Notes: generated by a model from the sequence alone, not told the origin. Positions 45,916 to 55,227 are shown, numbered from the stretch's first letter. The stretch: 64,000 bases of DNA from Anaerolineales bacterium (GCA_020343875.1 CP070811.1:1369313-1433312), one strand, 5' to 3'. Made by a program: numbers and translations.

Positions 45916-47790
45916 TCAAATTGATCCGAGATCTTGCTCTTGCATCCGCCGCAGCACGTCCGCCAACTCTGCTTTGCGGCGCGCACGGGCGCGGCGGTAC
46001 ACAGCCTCATTTAGCTCGCCGGTCTCGTGAGCCTGGTCCAGGCGAGCTAGGATAAGCAAAAGCCGCTGGCGGTCCCGGGTCGGATTATCCTCACCAGAGT
46101 AATCGTCTGCCCTCAAACGAGGTTGAAGCGCAGGATAGGTCACGCCCAGAACAACGGCTGCCGCCCCTAAAACCAGTATCATCCCTAGCAAAAACGTCTG
46201 TTTGAGCCCCGTTGAGGGCATCACCGTCGAACCAGAGCCAACGCTGGCGTCAGGTGTAGCGGTGAACTGGATCTTATCCAGATCGACCAGCTGGATGGAG
46301 AGTTTCTCACCGCCCTTCAGATCCTGGGCGGTGTACTGCACAAAGTTCTGGCCCTGAGCCGTCCGTTCGCCGCTGAAGAGCAGGGCCTCACTCTTCAATT
46401 CGGCCCCCACATCCAACAGAAGGCCGTTTACGGAAGCCGTATCATAATATAAGGAACGATCCAGGTTAAGGATCGAACCGCTGTAGGGAATGAGGTAAAC
46501 AAAGGCAGCATCGAAGGTTTCCACACCAGGGGCAACAATCGAGGTGGCCACCAACCCATCATCGGTCTCCATAAAGTCAATGCCCATCGTCCCCATTTGC
46601 AGAAATACGTCCTGCGCCCCGGCCGGCAAAGCAATACGCACTGTCTCTCGCAGACCAGCCTCGTTCACCGTCCCCACGTAGGCCCGGTCGCCGGCGTTAC
46701 TGAACTGATACAGCTCAAGAATAGAGAAGAAACCAGGTTGGTCGCCGAAGGCAATAAAATGGAAACGCTCGACACTGATGGCTTCATCACTGGTGGTCGT
46801 CTCGTAGACATTAACAGGCAATGACAGCTGGGCATTGCCCGGTTCAAAACCAACAAAATCACCAGGGAAGGATACGCCATCGTATGTGGCTTCAGAACGG
46901 TAGAAGGTGTGGCTCCGCGTATCCAGGCCCGTAAAGAGGAAGTTACCATCAGCATCAGCTTGGGTTGTAAGCGGTTCCAACTCGGTCTCTTCCTGCCAGC
47001 GTTGCAGCCTCACCTCTACCGAGCCCACTGGCTGGCCAGTGGTGGCATTTTTCACCTGCCCAAGGATAACCCCCTCAGAAATGATGGGCTCGAAGCTGAA
47101 GGTACGCACATAGTCCACCACCTGCCAGCGCTCCTCCTCCGACAAGGCCCTTCCGGTGTTTCCCCGTTCGGCAAAGGCGTGCATCTCGTTCTCACCCTGG
47201 CTGATGATGTCGAAGAGAGCCTGAGGCGATTGGGTGGCTAGAATTGCCGCGTCCGTAAAGTCAGGGACGCCAACGTTACTGCCGGTCCCATCCGCAGCGT
47301 GGCAAGACATGCACTCAGCTTGGTAGATGGCTTCTCCAGCTGCAATGTCGCTGGCCGACGTAGCCAAAGTCTGGGCGTAGGCTACCACGTCCCAAATCTC
47401 GTCCGCCTCAAGGCGCCCCCCCCAGGGTGGCATCATACGGTCCATGCGCCCCTCCTGGGTGACGACGAATAAGTCAGTCAAAGTGCGCTGACGGGCGGTA
47501 GCACGCTCGGCCAAATCGGTAGGCGGGTTATTGGCCATCTCAGGCGACTGTGCGGTAGGGCCATCCCCGCGCCCCGAAATGCCGTGGCAAGGGGCGCAAT
47601 TCTCGGCCCACAACGCCTCGCCGCGCGCCGCCGACGGCCTTCCAGAGGGCGATTGCTGCGGAGGCGCGGCTTGGGCAGTGTTAATGAGCAAGCCTACCAA
47701 CAAGAGGGCTGCTCCCAAAGATGGGATCAGCCCTGTCTTATCCCGGAAAAGGGCATAGAAAGGTTGCAAGTTCAATTTGAATACAGTCAA
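45916..47790 (-). CDS. Membrane-anchored dihaem c-type cytochrome with CarboxypepD_reg-like beta domain and cytoplasmic CcmI-like tail
   Basis: Signal/anchor sequence and two CxxCH motifs (CAPCHG, CMSCHA), each followed by a Met ligand region. It also has GQVKNATTGQPVGSVEVRL...DADGNFLFTGL, a C-terminal TM helix, and RDRQRLLLILARLDQAHETGELNEAVYRRARARRKAEL. Confidence 0.7.
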   Translation of the reverse strand: MTVFKLNLQPFYALFRDKTGLIPSLGAALLLVGLLINTAQAAPPQQSPSGRPSAARGEALWAENCAPCHGISGRGDGPTAQSPEMANNPPTDLAERATARQRTLTDLFVVTQEGRMDRMMPPWGGRLEADEIWDVVAYAQTLATSASDIAAGEAIYQAECMSCHAADGTGSNVGVPDFTDAAILATQSPQALFDIISQGENEMHAFAERGNTGRALSEEERWQVVDYVRTFSFEPIISEGVILGQVKNATTGQPVGSVEVRLQRWQEETELEPLTTQADADGNFLFTGLDTRSHTFYRSEATYDGVSFPGDFVGFEPGNAQLSLPVNVYETTTSDEAISVERFHFIAFGDQPGFFSILELYQFSNAGDRAYVGTVNEAGLRETVRIALPAGAQDVFLQMGTMGIDFMETDDGLVATSIVAPGVETFDAAFVYLIPYSGSILNLDRSLYYDTASVNGLLLDVGAELKSEALLFSGERTAQGQNFVQYTAQDLKGGEKLSIQLVDLDKIQFTATPDASVGSGSTVMPSTGLKQTFLLGMILVLGAAAVVLGVTYPALQPRLRADDYSGEDNPTRDRQRLLLILARLDQAHETGELNEAVYRRARARRKAELADVLRRMQEQDLGSI

Positions 47791-47811
47791 TCTTCTTCCT
47801 CACACCTATGG

Positions 47812-48432
47812 CTACTTCGTACTCCCCATTTCTTCAGCCAGGGACGTGCCACAATGGGCACAAAAGGCATCCCCGGGCTGGTGGGGCATTCCACACTGAG
47901 GACAGGTATCGGCCAGCGAAGCGCCACAAGCAGCACAAAAGACATCACCCCGGTGGTAGGGCTGCCCGCAATCAGGACAGGCTAATGTGACCTTATCCGA
48001 CGCCGCCGCATGTTTAATCAGCGAGGCAATCTCGGCCTCCACAGACTCTATCAAGTCAGTGGGGTACCCCTCCTTACCATCCGAGCGCAACTCGGCAATG
48101 GCATTCTCGATTTCGGCGTCGAGAGCAGCCTCGGCCTCAGGTGTTAGACGATCAAGCCGGTGTAGAATCTGGGCAGCCTCGGCCATATAGCGAGTGCGAA
48201 CAATTTGATAGTCTTCGCTAGCAAGTTTACCTTGCTCCCGATCGAACTCTGCGTCTTTGAGCGCCGCATAGATGGCATCACGACGGGCAACGAGCTCGTC
48301 AGCAGTCAAAACAGTCTGATCTATACTCGACTGCGACCAACGCCCGCCCTTTGTGTCAAAAAAGGGACGAAATACGAAAGCAAAGGTCCCAGCAATCAAC
48401 AAGGCGATGAGAATCATAGGAATAACAGTCAC
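47812..48432 (-). CDS. CcmI-like (N-terminal module) membrane protein with C-terminal double zinc-ribbon
   Basis: TM helix (MTVIPMILIALLIAGTFAFVFRPFF), then ARRDAIYAALKDAEFDREQGKLASEDYQ..., and a C-terminus reading CPDCGQPYHRGDVFCAACG...CPQCGMPHQPGDAFCAHCG. Confidence 0.55.
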   Translation of the reverse strand: MTVIPMILIALLIAGTFAFVFRPFFDTKGGRWSQSSIDQTVLTADELVARRDAIYAALKDAEFDREQGKLASEDYQIVRTRYMAEAAQILHRLDRLTPEAEAALDAEIENAIAELRSDGKEGYPTDLIESVEAEIASLIKHAAASDKVTLACPDCGQPYHRGDVFCAACGASLADTCPQCGMPHQPGDAFCAHCGTSLAEEMGSTK

Positions 48433-48449
48433 GGGGCGTTCCTTCCTCC

Positions 48450-49031
48450 TTAACCCTCTGTCTCCGCGGCCAATAAACGGTCGAGCAATCCATAGAGCTG
48501 CGGTTGAGTCAAGGGGCCGATCTGGACATGCTGAATCATTCCCTCTCTATCAATAAAGAAAGTTTCAGGCACACCGGTACATTGATAATCTTGAAAGATC
48601 CGAGAGCCGATGTCAGGGCCATTGGGATACGTAGTGCCGAAACGGTCCAGGTAAGCAAGCCCCTCGCTATCAATGTCCAGGTAATCGACGCCGATCAACC
48701 ACACACCCTGGTCCCGGTAGTCATTCCAGGCCTGTTCCAGCAAGGGCATCTCCTTGTCACACTCTACGCACCATGAAGCCCAAAAGTTGAGCACGACTAT
48801 CTGACCACGCATGTCCTGCAACGAGAACCGTTGTCCATTGAACTCACCGTTGAAGGCTGTCAGCTCGAAATCGGGGGCTGGCCGTCCTTGCAAGACAGTC
48901 GATGTTTTGGGGCGTAGTCCAAAGGCCAGCACAGCCACAAATGCCAGGACCAACCCCAGCGCCACTAGCAACCATACCGTCCGGCGCCGGGGCGACGTCG
49001 TCTCGGTCTGTACTTGCTCTGTCAAATTCAC
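48450..49031 (-). CDS. ccmG: Thiol:disulfide interchange protein CcmG/DsbE/ResA-like
   Basis: TM anchor and VLNFWASWCVECDKEMP...GVPETFFID. The GTG start overlaps the ccmH stop (GTGA). Confidence 0.8.
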   Translation of the reverse strand: MNLTEQVQTETTSPRRRTVWLLVALGLVLAFVAVLAFGLRPKTSTVLQGRPAPDFELTAFNGEFNGQRFSLQDMRGQIVVLNFWASWCVECDKEMPLLEQAWNDYRDQGVWLIGVDYLDIDSEGLAYLDRFGTTYPNGPDIGSRIFQDYQCTGVPETFFIDREGMIQHVQIGPLTQPQLYGLLDRLLAAETEG

Positions 49032-49555
49032 GATAGCTTCTCCAAATCCTGTTGCACGCGTTTGAGGTAACCATCCTCCAGGCTGGCATCATCGCTTAGC
49101 TGGCCTGAAACACCACGCGGGGCCTGATCCCCGTGCACACTCTCCACTGTAACAGGGGCTCGTCGTATTGCCCAACCACGCATCAGATAAGCCAGCCAGG
49201 CCAAGCCAAACAGGAGGGCTATCACCGGCAGAGCCCACACCAATACAAAGAACCCGCGCTTGGGTGGCACCTGCAACACGTGATCGCCGTAGCGGGCCGC
49301 GAAGTAATCCAAAATCTCTTGCTCGCTCTTGCCCTCAGCCAGCAACTCACCGATCTTAGCCCGCCATTGAGCACAGGTCTCAGTAGGGCAGTCGGCTACA
49401 TTAATGCCGGTGCAGGTAGGACAACTTAGATTCTTCGCCACAGCGTTGATTTCATCGGCAGTGGGTTGCTGGGCAAACACAGGTGATGCTGCCACCGTGA
49501 CTGTAAGTATGATGCAGGGCACAAGCCACCCAAAATATCTGCGCTTCTTGTTCAT
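49028..49555 (-). CDS. ccmH: Cytochrome c-type biogenesis protein CcmH/NrfF-like
   Basis: LSCPTCTGINVADCPTETCAQWRAKIGELLAEGKSEQEILDYFAARYGDHVLQVPP plus a TM helix. This aligns with E. coli CcmH LRCPKCQNNSIADSN...KEIVDYMVARYG. ATG 49555 is preceded by AAGGAG. Confidence 0.8.
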   Translation of the reverse strand: MNKKRRYFGWLVPCIILTVTVAASPVFAQQPTADEINAVAKNLSCPTCTGINVADCPTETCAQWRAKIGELLAEGKSEQEILDYFAARYGDHVLQVPPKRGFFVLVWALPVIALLFGLAWLAYLMRGWAIRRAPVTVESVHGDQAPRGVSGQLSDDASLEDGYLKRVQQDLEKLS

Positions 49556-49580
49556 AGCACTCCTTGCTCTTGGGCAACCA

Positions 49581-51695
49581 TCATGCGGGGACGGTACGCC
49601 GGGGTGCACTGGCTAACGCCAGACGGCGGTCTTCGGCCGGGTCAGGCCAGGCGGCGACGGCAGTACCCAGGATGAAGATAAAACCACCAATCCACAGCCA
49701 GTTGACGAGTGGGTTAACAAAGGCCTTGAAAGTAGCGGTCGCACCGCCATCCTCCCAACCAGCCACAATGACATACAGATCCTCGATCAGCGAATAGCGC
49801 ATGGCCGGGATGGTCATTGGCTGCTCTTGGGGGATAAAGAAATCATGGGTGGGATGCAGCTCACCGATGTTACGCCCATTCCGGCTGACACTCAGAGTTG
49901 CGCCGGTACGACTTACATCGTCGGGAGCAGGCAACGAACGTAAGCCCTCATAAGTTAAGGTGTAATCACCAGTCAAAGTTGAAGTAATGGTAAAGGACTC
50001 GCCCACCGCCAAGTTACGTTGTGTCTCACTCTGGAAGAAGTTGGTCCCGATGACACCCAAGGCCATCATGATCACCCCAATATGAATGAGATAACCTCCA
50101 TAACGTCGCCGGTTACGACCAAGCAGAGTCCATAGGGCACGCAGATAGCCTTCACCGGTACTGCGATGGCGAGCACGCGTGCCACGCCAGTATTCGAGCA
50201 AAGTAACGACGGCCGTGAAGGCAGCAAACCCGTAGAAGAGAGAAACCGGCAACACCCGCAGCTGAGTGCCAGGTAGGATGGCAAAGTTGCGCAACCCTAG
50301 AGCAAACAGGGCAGCCGTCACCCCCAAGCCGACCACCACCGGCCACAGCAACAAGCGGACCAACTTCTGTACAGAAGCCCGCCGCCAGGGCATCAGGGGG
50401 GCAATTCCCATCAGCACCACCAACGCCGCCAGCAGTGGCCCGTTCACCTGATTAAAGAACGGGGGGCCCACAATGGCCTTCTGCCTGGCCACCAATTCGG
50501 ACACCACAGGAAAGATAGTCCCCCAAAATGTAACAAAGAAGACGGCCAAGAACAGCAGATTTTGCAGCAAGAAGATCGACTCACGTGAGAGCAGCGAGTC
50601 TAGCTCGTTTTCACTCTTGAGGCTATCCAGCCGCTCAAAGAGCAAGATGACCGAATAGATAAACATTAACCCAATGAAGATCAAAAAGAGAGGCCCAATA
50701 CCTGACTGGGCAAAGGTGTGCACTGAGGAGATGACACCGCTGCGGGTGAGGAAAGTTCCAAAAATGACCAAGCTGTAGGTCATGATAATGAGCGCCATGT
50801 TCCAGACTTTGAACATGCCCCGTTTTTCTTGGATCATCACCGAGTGCAAGAAGGCAGTGCCGGTCAGCCAGGGCATCAAGGCCGCGTTTTCCACTGGATC
50901 CCAGGCCCAATAGCCACCCCAACCCAGCACCCCATAGGCCCACCAGCCGCCCAGCAGCAGCCCCATTGAGAGAAACAACCATGCGACCAGTGTCCAGCGG
51001 CGGGTGGCGCGAATCCACAGATCTCCTGTCTGACGAGTGACCAGCGCAGCAATGGCAAAGGCATACGGAATAACGAAGCTCACAAACCCCAGATAAAGCA
51101 TGGGAGGGTGGATAATCATACCCCAGTGCCGCAGCAACGGATTCAATCCATTGCCGTCGGCTGGCGTAAAGCCCAACTGATGAAAGGGGTTGATATTCAC
51201 CATATCAGCCAGCAATTGGGCTCCGCTGGTCAAGCCCAAAGCTTCGAGAGGCACGGCAAGTAGCGTCCAAATGCCCGAAATCAAGCTGATGAAAAAGAAC
51301 AGCGTGATCTGTGTTACGGCGATAACGTAGGGCATAAGGGTACGCATCTTACCCCATTTACGCAGCAAAACAGCCCCCCCGAAAAGAGACATCAACCATG
51401 ACCAGAAGAGCAACGACCCAGCCTGACTGCCCCACAAAGCGGTCATTTTGAAAAAGACGGGCATGGCCCGATTGCTCACCTCGGCTACATACAAGGTGCG
51501 GAAGTCGCCAAGGATGAGCAGGTACTCCAGGATGACCACGCTCAAAGTCAACAGGCCAGTCACGGTCAAAGCCGCGTTGCGCGCGCTCATCACCAATTCG
51601 GGCATCCGCCGACGCGCGCCAACCAGGGCTGCCACCGTGGCATACAAAGCTAAGACTAATGCTAACAATAACGCAACATAGCCAATATTCGCCAT
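49581..51695 (-). CDS. ccmF: Cytochrome c haem lyase subunit CcmF
   Basis: 704 aa, polytopic, with WWD region GWGGYWAWDPVENAALMPWL. Confidence 0.9.
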   Translation of the reverse strand: MANIGYVALLLALVLALYATVAALVGARRRMPELVMSARNAALTVTGLLTLSVVILEYLLILGDFRTLYVAEVSNRAMPVFFKMTALWGSQAGSLLFWSWLMSLFGGAVLLRKWGKMRTLMPYVIAVTQITLFFFISLISGIWTLLAVPLEALGLTSGAQLLADMVNINPFHQLGFTPADGNGLNPLLRHWGMIIHPPMLYLGFVSFVIPYAFAIAALVTRQTGDLWIRATRRWTLVAWLFLSMGLLLGGWWAYGVLGWGGYWAWDPVENAALMPWLTGTAFLHSVMIQEKRGMFKVWNMALIIMTYSLVIFGTFLTRSGVISSVHTFAQSGIGPLFLIFIGLMFIYSVILLFERLDSLKSENELDSLLSRESIFLLQNLLFLAVFFVTFWGTIFPVVSELVARQKAIVGPPFFNQVNGPLLAALVVLMGIAPLMPWRRASVQKLVRLLLWPVVVGLGVTAALFALGLRNFAILPGTQLRVLPVSLFYGFAAFTAVVTLLEYWRGTRARHRSTGEGYLRALWTLLGRNRRRYGGYLIHIGVIMMALGVIGTNFFQSETQRNLAVGESFTITSTLTGDYTLTYEGLRSLPAPDDVSRTGATLSVSRNGRNIGELHPTHDFFIPQEQPMTIPAMRYSLIEDLYVIVAGWEDGGATATFKAFVNPLVNWLWIGGFIFILGTAVAAWPDPAEDRRLALASAPRRTVPA

Positions 51696-51804
51696 TATTA
51701 TCGTCCCTCAAACAAACATCTGTCTATGGGTAATTTATCAGCTTACGAACAGAACAACAAACACGTTGTCCCTCAATCTTGCCCGCAACACGCAGTCTTG
51801 CAAG

Positions 51805-52272
51805 CTATCGAACAGCTTCTACCTTCTCTTCAGTGAAGCCACCCTCCTCATATCGGGAAGGGCATTTGAGCAGAAGGGTTTGAGCGATGAACTCGTTTCC
51901 GTCGTATTTGCCCTCAATGATGGCTTCAGCATCATGGCGCATTTGGTCCGGCTTGGGGCCATTAAAGACAACCGGGAGAGTTCCACCTTCTTCGCCAACT
52001 ATTTCGAAACTTAGGTTCAGATCACGCGAATTGAAATCGATACTGTCGCCAATCACTTTGCCTGATACGCGCACGTTGCGATCGTAAATGACGGATCCCT
52101 TGTCATTCAATTCTTCTACAGTGAGAAAATAGGCAGCCGTGCTCTGAGTAGCAGTGAAAATAAGGTAGATGATCGCCAGCGCAATCACCGCGCCACCAAT
52201 AATGAACTTGACGCGTTTGTTGGCGGCGCTACTACCAGTGTGCGGTTGTGCCTGAGTTACCACTTCACTCAT
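51805..52272 (-). CDS. ccmE: Haem chaperone CcmE, variant with CxxxY (CPSRY) instead of HxxxY
   Basis: TM anchor plus OB-fold (RVSGKV...DLNLSFEI...LPVVFNGPKPD...). The terminal motif LLLKCPSRYEE aligns with E. coli VLAKHDENYTP. ATG 52272 was chosen as start. Confidence 0.85.
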   Translation of the reverse strand: MSEVVTQAQPHTGSSAANKRVKFIIGGAVIALAIIYLIFTATQSTAAYFLTVEELNDKGSVIYDRNVRVSGKVIGDSIDFNSRDLNLSFEIVGEEGGTLPVVFNGPKPDQMRHDAEAIIEGKYDGNEFIAQTLLLKCPSRYEEGGFTEEKVEAVR

Positions 52273-52317
52273 TATCCAATACCCCCATTTCAATGTTTTC
52301 GGCTTTTTGATGTGTTT

Positions 52318-54036
52318 TTAAGGTCGGACCGGCGCCCACCACAACCGTGCGTCCGCAGACGGAGGCACGCCCTTGAGGGCAATCAAGAATGGATAATCAC
52401 CGACCTCGAGCATGCGATCATAAGTAAAGTAACGATCCAATTTGGCCTGGGCATACACCTCTTGCATAGCTACGTACCAGGGCAAGCCATCTGTCTTTTG
52501 ATAATGCCAATACTCAAAAGCCTTAAAATGCCAGGTCCAACTGAAGTCGCCGTCATTCCAGGATGAAATGCGAGACCAGCCATATTCACGGGCCAAGGCA
52601 GCAAAGTCCACGTAGTAGCCATGTAGCACCGGCTTTTCAATGCCCCCCTGTTCGGGAGCAATCTCAGCCCTCGCCCGATAGCTATAATCCCAGGTGTTAA
52701 CGGTGATAGGTCGCCCGCAGGTACCGCTTTGGTCCGCACAGCGCAAGAAGACCCGCCAATAGGTCTCCCCGCCCATATCATCACGGGCTATCTCCATCAC
52801 CTGTCCAGCATCGGTATGATACTCAAACAGAGTGTCCACAGCGCGCCCGCTTTTGTGCCAACTCGCGTATTCCGACGTTTCGCTGAAGAAATCGTAAGGG
52901 CGGGCAGCCTCTGACACTTGCCCCAGGAAATCGTAGCCCACTTCATCCGCCAAGCGGCGGCGTAAGGCATCGTATGAGTCATCCACCCGGTCGCTGAAAT
53001 AGGGTGTCAGCGCCGGAGTAGGCAAGTCCAGGCCGATCACCGGCACCAAGTCCCACGGCTCGCCATCGCCACTCTGGCTAGGTGTCAAGTCTTCAACGTA
53101 CAAAGGCGAGGGCATTGCATCGGCCCAAGTTAGCAACGGTGTACCGTAATTGATAGCATTACCACTCCAGGTAGGCCGTCCATCCAGCCACGTGACGTCC
53201 GTCAGATGCAGCGGCAGCTGATGCTGCTCGCCAAGTGTCAGCCACAAGAGCTGCTCCCCGTCGAAACGCCGGTGCAGCACAGCCAAGCGCTCCCCCTCCG
53301 GTGACCAGGCTGGACCGTCGTCCCGACCTAGCCAGGTAACGCGCGTTACCATCCCACCCTCGACGGGGGGAGCCAAGGCATCTAGGGTGTATACCTCGCG
53401 TTCACCAAGCCAGTTGCGAACAAAGGCCAGCCTTGTCCCATCCGGGCTCCAGGCAGGCCACTCCTCAGCAGCTTGGTTATCTGTGATCTGGGTCAGGGCG
53501 CCAGTCTCCACATCCAGTACGAATAGATCCTTATCACCTAACCGCCAAGATGTGAAGGCAATATGTCTCCCATCCGGGCTCCAAGCCGGGGCAAAATCGC
53601 CAGCCTCCGACTCAGCGGTCAGATTCTGGAGCGCACCGCTCTCCACGTCTACCAGCCAGATATCCAGATCACCAGCACGGAATGATTCAAACGCGATTTG
53701 CGCTCCGTCTGCACTCCACGCGGGCGCCCCATCATAGTCTGGGTGATCGGTCAGACGCGTCTCCTGGCCTGTCGCCAAGTCCAAGACATAAAGGTCCCAG
53801 TTTCGTTCCCGACGCGAGGCAAAAGCCAGCTTCGTCCCATCAGACGAGTAGGCTGGATCTCGGTCTTCATTAGAATCGTTAGTTAATTGCCGCAGGTCGG
53901 CGCCGACCTCGTCCAAGCTGTAGAGATCCCACTGTCCATGTCGGTACCCAGAAAAGGCAAGGCGCGACATACCAGAAAAGGCCAGGGCTACCGGACGAAC
54001 GGTCGCTGGCAATCCGAGTACGATCATCAAACCCAT
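52318..54036 (-). CDS. Secreted fusion of TolB-like PD40 beta-propeller repeats with a C-terminal LAS/M15-type (VanY-like) zinc peptidase domain
   Basis: Repeats of the form DPAYSSDGTKLAFAS, APAWSADGAQIAFES, APAWSPDGRHIAFTS, WPAWSPDGTRLAFV. The C-terminus has SWHKSGRAVD (SxHxxGxAxD) and ...WHF/EYWHY. Confidence 0.65.
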   Translation of the reverse strand: MGLMIVLGLPATVRPVALAFSGMSRLAFSGYRHGQWDLYSLDEVGADLRQLTNDSNEDRDPAYSSDGTKLAFASRRERNWDLYVLDLATGQETRLTDHPDYDGAPAWSADGAQIAFESFRAGDLDIWLVDVESGALQNLTAESEAGDFAPAWSPDGRHIAFTSWRLGDKDLFVLDVETGALTQITDNQAAEEWPAWSPDGTRLAFVRNWLGEREVYTLDALAPPVEGGMVTRVTWLGRDDGPAWSPEGERLAVLHRRFDGEQLLWLTLGEQHQLPLHLTDVTWLDGRPTWSGNAINYGTPLLTWADAMPSPLYVEDLTPSQSGDGEPWDLVPVIGLDLPTPALTPYFSDRVDDSYDALRRRLADEVGYDFLGQVSEAARPYDFFSETSEYASWHKSGRAVDTLFEYHTDAGQVMEIARDDMGGETYWRVFLRCADQSGTCGRPITVNTWDYSYRARAEIAPEQGGIEKPVLHGYYVDFAALAREYGWSRISSWNDGDFSWTWHFKAFEYWHYQKTDGLPWYVAMQEVYAQAKLDRYFTYDRMLEVGDYPFLIALKGVPPSADARLWWAPVRP

Positions 54037-54231
54037 GATTGTCCCGACACGGACATACCGAAGCCAGATGGGTTAACCTCCCCCTCGAAACAACATCCCT
54101 TTAGCGCCCCACACCGGGGTGTGGAACCGTAGGGATGCTTTTGGACAGGCCAATACACTATTTAGCCACAGGATATATTTAACCACAAGTGCATTAACCT
54201 AAGATTAAAGGCGATAACGAATTAAGACTGA

Positions 54232-54260
54232 TTGACAAAGGCCATGGGACGTGCTAAACT
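54232..54260 (+). promoter_or_regulatory. Sigma70-like promoter (TTGACA-17-TAAACT) upstream of the glpQ-like gene
   Basis: TTGACA at 54232-54237 and TAAACT at 54255-54260. Confidence 0.35.
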
Positions 54261-54438
54261 TGGCTGACATCTCCCCGCCCCCGCCGTGGAAGTCACGAGG
54301 CGCGCCATTGGAAACCGAAGCATCTATAGGCGCCGATAGATGAGGGCTGTCGGGATCCAGTGCCCAGTTTTCCTCATTGATCTCAGCCCTTTCGCAGCAT
54401 TTGCCAGGCCACAACGCCTCGGTCGAGGTGAACCAGCT

Positions 54439-55227
54439 ATGGACGCCCAATACAACCGTAATTTCCGTCGACCACTGATTCTGGCCCACCGCGGGGCTAG
54501 CCAGCAAGCACCCGAGAACACAATGACTGCCTTTCGCCTGGCAGCTAAAATGGGCGCTGACGGTATCGAATTGGACGTCCAGCTGTGCAAAGACGGCGAA
54601 GCCGTTGTTATCCATAACTTCACCGTAGACGAAACCACAAGCGGCAGCGGGCGGGTCAAAGATTTCACTCTGGCGGAGATACAGTCCTTGGACGCAGGCA
54701 GTTGGTATGGGCCTGAATTTGCTGGAGAACGAATCCCCACTCTGGCCCAGGTATTGCACGAACTTGGACCCCGCTTAATGCTCAACATCGAGCTAAAGGC
54801 ACCAACCCTCCGGTCCGATGGGCTGGAAGCAGAAGCCGTCAGGTTGGTGGAAGACGCCAACATGGTCCACCGGGTGACTATCTCTTCGTTCAATCTAGCG
54901 ACGCTGTGGCGCATTCATCGTCTGAATCGCCACCTTTCCACCGGGCTGCTCTATGCACCAGACCAGCCTCGCCATCTGCGTGATCGTTGGCTGCAGCCTC
55001 TCGTCCGGCCCAACGCCCTCCATCCTCGCTGGGATATGATCGACAAACAGGCCATAGCCGCTGCCCACCGCCAGGGGTTGGCGGTCAATCCCTGGACCTG
55101 CAACGAGCCAGAGGCTATGCTTCGCCTGATAAGTTGGGGAGTAGACGCCATCATCACAGACCACCCCGACCTGCTGTATAACCTTTTACATATCACTGAG
55201 TCTGGAGAAAAAAGAGACAAGCATTGA
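54439..55227 (+). CDS. Glycerophosphodiester phosphodiesterase (GlpQ/UgpQ family)
   Basis: ILAHRGASQQAPENTMTAFRLAAKMGADGIELDVQLCKDGEAVVIHN...NPWT. ATG 54439 is preceded by GAGGTG. Confidence 0.85.
   Translation: MDAQYNRNFRRPLILAHRGASQQAPENTMTAFRLAAKMGADGIELDVQLCKDGEAVVIHNFTVDETTSGSGRVKDFTLAEIQSLDAGSWYGPEFAGERIPTLAQVLHELGPRLMLNIELKAPTLRSDGLEAEAVRLVEDANMVHRVTISSFNLATLWRIHRLNRHLSTGLLYAPDQPRHLRDRWLQPLVRPNALHPRWDMIDKQAIAAAHRQGLAVNPWTCNEPEAMLRLISWGVDAIITDHPDLLYNLLHITESGEKRDKH

Noticed and set aside
54205-54914. Minus-strand ORFs 54205..54759 and 54324..54914
   Set aside because: They are antisense to the well-supported glpQ-like gene and to its promoter region. They have no motifs and no SD.
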